Shown here piece after piece: positions 57,878 to 64,000 of a stretch of DNA of 64,000 bases. The first letter of the stretch is position 1. Each line of letters begins with the position of its first letter. Under the pieces are notes generated by a model. That model saw nothing but the letters and a program-made list of their open reading frames with translations, was not told the DNA's origin and ran no database searches. The translations under genes were made by a program, and so were the position numbers. This stretch comes from Bacillota bacterium (GTDB taxonomy: Bacteria; Bacillota_I; Bacilli_A; RFN20; CAG-826), in NCBI GenBank assembly GCA_030834445.1, contig JAURFC010000001.1, forward strand, positions 286,963-350,962. Reading direction: 5' to 3'.

Positions 57878-59650
57878 ATGAAATACTTCAAACTTTTATA
57901 TCGATTTACAGAGGGTCATCGCTTACGCTATGGACTCTCTTTTGTTATCTTGTTTTTCGCCTTACTTTTTCTTCTTTTATCGACTTTCATGACGAAAGTT
58001 CTTATTGATACGTTATTAAGTGTTCCGCCCTCAGGTCCAGTCGATTCTTTTTTAACGGCACTCTTTGGCGGTCAAGCTTTCTTACGGGCGAATTTATGGC
58101 TCTTTGCCGTCATCATTATTGGACTTGGCGTTTCTCGCGCGATGATGTTCTTTTCTCGTTTAATCATTCGGGGTTTGATGGATGTGGATATTGGTCGTAA
58201 AATTCAACTCGATCTTTTTTATCACATTGAACGTCTGCCTTACAGTTACATCAAGAAAAACAAATCCGGTGATTTGATTCAAACATGTACGCGTGATTTA
58301 GATATTGTCCGACGTTTTTTAGTTCGCCAAGTCAATTCCATTGTCTATACGATTTTCTTAACGACCATTGCCTTTGGTCTCTTGTTAACCGTCTCATGGG
58401 AAATTGCCTTGTCTAGCACGATTGTTCTACCGTTTATGTTTGTGTATGCGTATTTCTTAATTAAACGCGTTCGTAAATTATTCCGTGTCACAGAAGATAG
58501 CGACGGATTGGTCTCTGCCAAGATTGAAGAAACGTTATCCGGCATTCGTCTTGTCAAAGCCTACAATAATGAACCGTATGAAATTAAAGATTTTGATGAA
58601 CACCTGTTTGATTATCGAAAGAAATTCATTAAATGGCGTCTCGTCTCAAGTTTCTTCTTCTCCTCAACCGATATTCTCGTGTTTGGTCAAATTGCCTTAA
58701 CCACGGCATTTGGTCTTTATTTAACGGTGACCGGAAATATAACGACTGGCACGCTCGTTGTCGCCTTACAATTTGTCTCGATGGTTGTCTGGCCCGTTCG
58801 TGAAGTCGCGATGACGCTTTCCAATTTAGCGCAAGCCATGGCCTCGATTGACCGCCTTAATCTCATTCTTAATCAACCGCTCGAAGACATTGAATCCGGG
58901 GAACGCCCTGTTATTCAAGGTGCGATTTCCTTTGACAATATGTCCTTCCATTACGATGATTCGGATGAAGTCTTTATCAAAAACTTCTCCTTAGACATCA
59001 AACCTGGCGAAACCGTTGCCATCATGGGAAAAACAGGTTCAGGAAAATCAACCTTGTCTCACCTCTTAACCCGCCTTTATGATTACACCTCCGGTTCCAT
59101 CAAGATCGATGGTCATGAACTTAAGTCCATCGCCAAAGAACATATTCGTCGCCAAATTGCGACCGTCTTACAAGAACCGTTCTTGTTTTCAAAAACCATC
59201 ATCAATAACTTAAAAATTGCTAATAGTAATGCCACGGCAGAAGATATTCAAAAAGCGGCTCAAATTGCCGATATTCATCAATCGATTATTAACTTTAAAG
59301 ATGGTTATGATACCCGCGTTGGTGAAAAAGGGGTCACCTTATCCGGGGGTCAAAAACAACGACTGGTCATCGCGCGAACAATTATTTCCAAAGCGCCAAT
59401 TTTAGTGTTTGATGATTCGTTATCCGCGGTGGATACCGAAACCGATATCAACATTCGTAGTGCCCTTAAAAAACGCCAAGAACAATCCACAACACTCATT
59501 ATTACCCATCGTGTTGCGACTGCGAAAGACGCCGATAAAATTGTTGTCCTTGAGGATGGTAAAATTGCGCAAGTTGGTAATCATGAATCGCTCATCAAAG
59601 AAGACGGTTTGTACAAACGTATCTTTGAGATTCAAACGAGGATGGTATAA
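57878..59650 (+). CDS. ABC exporter, fused permease-ATPase (heterodimer subunit 1)
   Basis: A 6-TM N-terminal domain is followed by an NBD with Walker A GKTGSGKST, signature LSGGQKQRL and Walker B LVFDDSLSAVD. The protein is 590 aa. Confidence 0.85.
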   Translation: MKYFKLLYRFTEGHRLRYGLSFVILFFALLFLLLSTFMTKVLIDTLLSVPPSGPVDSFLTALFGGQAFLRANLWLFAVIIIGLGVSRAMMFFSRLIIRGLMDVDIGRKIQLDLFYHIERLPYSYIKKNKSGDLIQTCTRDLDIVRRFLVRQVNSIVYTIFLTTIAFGLLLTVSWEIALSSTIVLPFMFVYAYFLIKRVRKLFRVTEDSDGLVSAKIEETLSGIRLVKAYNNEPYEIKDFDEHLFDYRKKFIKWRLVSSFFFSSTDILVFGQIALTTAFGLYLTVTGNITTGTLVVALQFVSMVVWPVREVAMTLSNLAQAMASIDRLNLILNQPLEDIESGERPVIQGAISFDNMSFHYDDSDEVFIKNFSLDIKPGETVAIMGKTGSGKSTLSHLLTRLYDYTSGSIKIDGHELKSIAKEHIRRQIATVLQEPFLFSKTIINNLKIANSNATAEDIQKAAQIADIHQSIINFKDGYDTRVGEKGVTLSGGQKQRLVIARTIISKAPILVFDDSLSAVDTETDINIRSALKKRQEQSTTLIITHRVATAKDADKIVVLEDGKIAQVGNHESLIKEDGLYKRIFEIQTRMV

Positions 59651-59652
59651 CC

Positions 59653-61581
59653 ATGGCAAGTTTTTCATTCGAAGAAGAAGCATTAGCCTCCAAACTTAAT
59701 TTTTCAAGTTGGGGTAAAATTGCGCGGTATGCCTTCCGTCGTTCGGGTTTACTTCTTTTAATGATGAGTTTAATGCTTTTGATTACCTTTCATGATGGAA
59801 GTTTAATCCCCTTACTTAATCGGGCGGTCATTCGCTCGGTAGCAGTTTTAGAAGGCCAAGCGATTCTTATTTCGGATTTATCCATTAATCTTGAACTGCT
59901 TTTCGGGTTGCAATTTACCTTAAACTTTACCGAGTATGTTCTTGTTTTAATGAGTGGAATTCTGCTGCGTTCGATCGCCATTTACGTATTATTTTTTGTC
60001 ACGAACTTCTTAGAAATGTCAATTTACATTGCCGTGCGACAAGATGCCTTCCGTCAAGTTCAAAAACTTTCCTTCTCTTATTTTGATAAAACATCCTCAG
60101 GATGGCTCATCGCACGTCTTCAATCCGATACCTCAAAGATTTCTGACATGATTTCCTGGGGGATTACCCGCTTTGTGTGGATCACCTTTGAAATTTCCTT
60201 TACGCTCGTCACGATGTTTTTAATTTCCTGGCAAATGTCACTCATCTTACTTGCCCTCGTTCCGGTCATGGCAGTCATTGCCCCTTACTTCCAAATTAAA
60301 ATCTTAAAATTATCCCGAATTGCCCGTAATGCTTTTTCCAGTTATGTGGCCTGGCTCGCCGAAGTCATCGCAGGGGCTAAAACGATTAAAACACTCTCTA
60401 TAGAAAAGAATGTTCAAAAAGAGGCCAATGATATTGTCACCGATATTCGTGATAAATCGTGGAAAACCGCCAAAACACAAGCGTATTTTTATCCAAGTCT
60501 TGTTGTGATTTCTGCCTTTACCACGGCGATTGTCATTTTCTTTGGATCTTATTTTATGACGAATTCGATTCTTATCACGGATGTGTCTATTTTTGTCTTA
60601 TTCATTGGGTTTGTGAAATCGATTTATGACCCTATTCAAGAATTCACCGATTTATTCACCGAACTCATGTCTACCCAGTCCAGTGTGGAAAAAATTCTTG
60701 CCCTTATTGAAACCGAACCCACTATTGTTGATCGTCCCGATGTCGTTGAAAAATATGGGACCATTCTTGCTCCTAAAAAAGAAGCTTATGAACTCATGCG
60801 TGGGGCAATTCAATTTGAACACGTCAAATTCTCGTATATTCCTGGCGTAGAAATTCTTCATGATACCCATTTACATATTCCAGAAGGACAAACGATTGCC
60901 ATTGTTGGAGAAACAGGGAGTGGTAAGTCCACGACGGTCAACTTAATTTGCCGTTTTTATGAACCATCAGAAGGGCGCATTCTCATTGATGGCGTCGATT
61001 ATAAAGATCGTTCGATGGGATGGTTGCGTTCCAATATTGGGTATGTCCAACAAACCCCCTTTATCTTCTCAGGAACGATTCGAAAAAATATTGCGTATGG
61101 AAAAGTCGATGCAACGGATGAAGAAATTATCAAAGCTGCCAAAGCGGTCGATGTGCATGACTATATCATGTCTTTACCTCATGGTTATGATACCGTCTTA
61201 CGGGATGGTGGTTCCGACTTATCCGTCGGTCAAAAACAATTGATTGCCTTCGCGCGGGCGATTGTCCGTAATCCAACCATTATGATTTTAGATGAAGCCA
61301 CTTCTTCGATCGATACCGAAACCGAAGCGCTCATTCAAAAAGCCATTCAACGTGTCTTGAAAGGCCGAACCTCGATCATTATTGCCCACCGTTTATCCAC
61401 AGTCGTGGATGCGGACCGTATTCTTGTCATGGAAAACGGATGGATTATTGAAGATGGCAATCACAAAACCTTAATGGCAAAAAAAGGCGTTTATCATAAA
61501 CTTTATATGAATCAATTTGCCGAACTCAAAGTCGAGCAACAAATTGATACGTTCCAAAAACAAATTGCAACGCTTGACTAA
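59653..61581 (+). CDS. ABC exporter, fused permease-ATPase (heterodimer subunit 2)
   Basis: A 6-TM domain is followed by an NBD with Walker A GETGSGKST, signature LSVGQKQLI and Walker B LDEATSSID. It lies 2 nt after subunit 1. The protein is 642 aa. Confidence 0.85.
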   Translation: MASFSFEEEALASKLNFSSWGKIARYAFRRSGLLLLMMSLMLLITFHDGSLIPLLNRAVIRSVAVLEGQAILISDLSINLELLFGLQFTLNFTEYVLVLMSGILLRSIAIYVLFFVTNFLEMSIYIAVRQDAFRQVQKLSFSYFDKTSSGWLIARLQSDTSKISDMISWGITRFVWITFEISFTLVTMFLISWQMSLILLALVPVMAVIAPYFQIKILKLSRIARNAFSSYVAWLAEVIAGAKTIKTLSIEKNVQKEANDIVTDIRDKSWKTAKTQAYFYPSLVVISAFTTAIVIFFGSYFMTNSILITDVSIFVLFIGFVKSIYDPIQEFTDLFTELMSTQSSVEKILALIETEPTIVDRPDVVEKYGTILAPKKEAYELMRGAIQFEHVKFSYIPGVEILHDTHLHIPEGQTIAIVGETGSGKSTTVNLICRFYEPSEGRILIDGVDYKDRSMGWLRSNIGYVQQTPFIFSGTIRKNIAYGKVDATDEEIIKAAKAVDVHDYIMSLPHGYDTVLRDGGSDLSVGQKQLIAFARAIVRNPTIMILDEATSSIDTETEALIQKAIQRVLKGRTSIIIAHRLSTVVDADRILVMENGWIIEDGNHKTLMAKKGVYHKLYMNQFAELKVEQQIDTFQKQIATLD

Positions 61582-62051
61582 CGTTTTTTAACGACAAGAA
61601 GTTTAATGATGACGTACATAATTGGAATGGCGGCAATTGCACTGAGCGCGTAACTAATTTCGGGTGGAAACATTAACACCGATTCAAAGATAAAAATAAA
61701 GCTTTGTTGAATCACATAATTGGGAATACTCGATAAGGGATAAAGAAATAAGCGTTTCCACGACCAAGTCGTGCGGAATGCAAATAAGGCTTGGATTGTA
61801 TAGGAAACAGGAAATAAGAGTAAAAACATCACCGTATTCGCGCCATCGAGTTCAAAACCAAATGGAAGTATCCATTTGGGCTCATTCACAAACACGGTGT
61901 AGCGTAAAAGAAGTGTTGTACCATAGCCTAACGCAGTATTAAGTCCTCCAGCGAGTAAAAAACGAATAAAGGAATGATCGAGTAAGGACCACGCCCACGC
62001 TTCTAAGCGGTTTAACTGCGTTCCTTCTTTTTTAAAAATAATTGGTTTCAT
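61578..62051 (-). CDS. GtrA-family membrane protein
   Basis: RFLLAGGLNTALGYGTTLLL is the GtrA signature. The 157-aa protein has 4 TM helices. Confidence 0.65.
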   Translation of the reverse strand: MKPIIFKKEGTQLNRLEAWAWSLLDHSFIRFLLAGGLNTALGYGTTLLLRYTVFVNEPKWILPFGFELDGANTVMFLLLFPVSYTIQALFAFRTTWSWKRLFLYPLSSIPNYVIQQSFIFIFESVLMFPPEISYALSAIAAIPIMYVIIKLLVVKKR

Positions 62052-62076
62052 GCATTTTATCTTATCACAAAAGAAA

Positions 62077-62107
62077 AACGCTCACGATGGTTTCATGAGC
62101 GTTTTGT
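62077..62107. terminator. Bidirectional rho-independent terminator
   Basis: The hairpin AACGCTCACGATGGTTTCATGAGCGTT is flanked by A-runs and T-runs. Confidence 0.7.
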
Positions 62108-62117
62108 TTTGGCTTGA

Positions 62118-62693
62118 TTAGAAAGAAACTTTAACGGATTGTCGTTCGGCGACGTCATCGAGTTTAAATAGTTCTGCTTCTTTAAATTTAAACATACCAG
62201 CGACAACACTTGAAGGAAACACTTCACGTGCGTTGTTATACGATAAAACAACGTCGTTATAAAATTGACGAGTGAAGGAAATTTTATCTTCAGTTTCTTT
62301 CAATGTATCTTGCAACTTTAAGAATCCTTGATCAGCTTTAAGATTAGGGTATTGTTCAACGACCACCGCTAAACGACCTAACGTTTGACCAAGCATCGAG
62401 TTTGCTTGGGATAATTCGCCAACGTTCCCAGATTGGGCACCAGAATCATACATTTTACGAGCTTTGGCAAACTCCATAAAAATTTCTTTTTCTTGCTTGG
62501 CATATCCTTTGACGGTTTCAACAATGTTTGGAATAAGGTCAAATCGACGTTTTAATTGAACATCAATTTGTGACCAAGAATTTTTCACCTTATTGCGGGA
62601 TTGAACGAGTCGGTTATATACGCCAATCACCCAGAAAGCAACGAGAGCAACGAGACCGAGGATAACGAGTAACGTAATTAAAAATGGGTTCAT
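62118..62693 (-). CDS. lemA: LemA-family membrane protein
   Basis: An N-terminal TM helix is followed by VYNRLVQSRNKVKNSWSQIDVQLKRRFDLIPNIVETVKGYAKQEK and the C-terminal FYNDVVLSYNN, which is the canonical LemA pattern. The protein is 191 aa. Confidence 0.85.
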   Translation of the reverse strand: MNPFLITLLVILGLVALVAFWVIGVYNRLVQSRNKVKNSWSQIDVQLKRRFDLIPNIVETVKGYAKQEKEIFMEFAKARKMYDSGAQSGNVGELSQANSMLGQTLGRLAVVVEQYPNLKADQGFLKLQDTLKETEDKISFTRQFYNDVVLSYNNAREVFPSSVVAGMFKFKEAELFKLDDVAERQSVKVSF

Positions 62694-62742
62694 TTTTATC
62701 TCCTTTTTTTTATTTTAGCATTATAAACTTAAAATCATAGAA

Positions 62743-64000
62743 TTATCGTAATCGAGCACCACTACCACCACCGCCAGAGAAGCCTCCCCCTCCTCCAAAA
62801 CTACCGCCTCGGGCTGAATTATTACGCTGAGCTTGGGCTTGAGAAATCGTATTACGGGCCGAGGAAAACGATTGATTAATCCCATAATAGTAACGACGAT
62901 AAAAGCCGGGATATCGGAAGTATGGCGATCCATTGAGTTCATCCATACGATTGAGTTGTTGGTATTTAAACCGTAACTGTTGTTCAACTAAATCCGCAAT
63001 TCCAAAACTAATCGCATACACCATGTAATGTTCCCAAAGGGTAATGCCTGGCATCGGATAATCCTTAATATTTGTAAATTCTTTGAGGAATTTTTCAAAT
63101 GCTGCCCAGCGAACAAAATCTTCATTGCCTTGAACCGAACGACGTTCAATCGTACGAATGTAGGAACCGATGCCGATGGATAAACCCGCCAAGACACCAC
63201 CCATCACGGCTGTATATGTCCCTAACGTAAATACGAGCCTTAGAACGTAAAATGCTGCGGCAAATAAACCAAGGAATCCAAGGAAACCTGCTGAACGACT
63301 TACCGCTTGCTTGACATCATCAAAGAATTTCATTTTTTCGCCTTCAAGAGCCACTTGCCGATTAAACGATTGATTTTCATTTAAATAACGAACCGCTTGT
63401 TGTTCTTTTTTGGTAAACATTTCTAATTGCTTTAAACTTAATCGTTTTTGACCCCCTGCAACCACACCAAAAAACCATTGAATTAATTTTTGTTCGTATC
63501 CTTTTAATTCTTCGACATTTTTTTCTTCATTGAGAACGAGGGTATAATCGGCTTTTTTATCCGTCAATGACTCGCTTCCCGTTTCAATAGAAATGTATTT
63601 GCGACGAACCAAATCCATCAAGGTAGCTGAAACATCATCTTTTTCCGTTGTTTTAAAGCGATATAAATACCCCATGATGGCAGGACCATATGTTTGTGGA
63701 AGTTCACGATAATATTCTCCATAAAAATTCGTTGGATGTTCTTTATCATATTGAAGATAAATTTTGCGAATTTGTAACGCAGCATAAATTAAAATGACCA
63801 CGAGTAAACTTGCCCCTATCCAATCGGCCAAATTATAAATAAGTCGTTGTTGAGCGAGGGCGGATTCATATGTTTGAACATTATCTAAGTGATTCGCACC
63901 GTTCAAATTGTAATTGGTAACATCATTCCCAAATTGATTGTTAGTAATGGTTAAGGCCGAGGCAGGAAAGTTAATACGTGTGGTGATAAACTCACCTGGA
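62743..64000 (-). CDS. DUF2207-like membrane protein with a Gly-rich C-terminal tail; N-terminus lies beyond the window end
   Basis: The frame is open through position 64000. TM helices are present. The C-terminus is ...NNSARGGSFGGGGGFSGGGGSGARLR. The ORF-track start at 63906 is an internal TTG. Confidence 0.6.
   Translation of the reverse strand, partial: PGEFITTRINFPASALTITNNQFGNDVTNYNLNGANHLDNVQTYESALAQQRLIYNLADWIGASLLVVILIYAALQIRKIYLQYDKEHPTNFYGEYYRELPQTYGPAIMGYLYRFKTTEKDDVSATLMDLVRRKYISIETGSESLTDKKADYTLVLNEEKNVEELKGYEQKLIQWFFGVVAGGQKRLSLKQLEMFTKKEQQAVRYLNENQSFNRQVALEGEKMKFFDDVKQAVSRSAGFLGFLGLFAAAFYVLRLVFTLGTYTAVMGGVLAGLSIGIGSYIRTIERRSVQGNEDFVRWAAFEKFLKEFTNIKDYPMPGITLWEHYMVYAISFGIADLVEQQLRFKYQQLNRMDELNGSPYFRYPGFYRRYYYGINQSFSSARNTISQAQAQRNNSARGGSFGGGGGFSGGGGSGARLR

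Noticed and set aside
62721-62987. 88-aa minus-strand ORF
   Set aside because: It is in an alternative frame that overlaps the DUF2207-like gene's Gly-rich tail. It has no RBS and a low-complexity translation.
1-64000. CRISPR array or other interspaced direct repeats
   Set aside because: No regularly spaced repeats were seen in any intergenic region. The intergenic spaces are almost all under 150 nt.

Overview
This 64 kb window is a dense, almost entirely housekeeping stretch of a low-GC Firmicutes-type chromosome. About 65 protein genes lie mostly on the minus strand, often overlapping by 1-40 nt. There is a five-tRNA cluster (Val-Tyr-Gln-Lys-Leu) and a Bacillus-type (type B) RNase P RNA gene, rnpB, which the ORF track does not annotate. 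Firmicutes hallmark genes are present: rpoE (RNA polymerase delta), gpsB, recU, dnaD, ymcA/ricA, rny and ymdB. Several blocks are syntenic with Bacillus subtilis: pgsA-cinA-recA-rny-ymdB-miaB-ymcA-mutS-mutL, rnpB-gpsB, dnaD-nth, ypfB-cmk-der-gpsA, mnmG-rsmG-parA-parB, and a sufCDSUB operon. There is no CRISPR array, no IS or phage gene, no obvious defence or toxin module, and no transcription factor. The most atypical element is a tandem pair of very divergent fused ABC-ATPase/FtsX-like (MacB-architecture) membrane proteins with His/Trp/Gln-rich composition (16027-20329), sitting at the end of the mutS-mutL-miaA-DUF951 gene string. Other oddities are a ParB with a degenerate CTP-binding arginine patch, a head-plus-neck-only CCA-family nucleotidyltransferase coupled to dnaD, a DEDDh exonuclease coupled to recU, two overlapping large acidic lipoprotein genes (one carrying a parvulin domain), a short SufD, and LemA paralogs (one paired with a DUF2207-like Gly-tailed membrane protein). 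All calls come from reading the translations for motifs; no database search was run.
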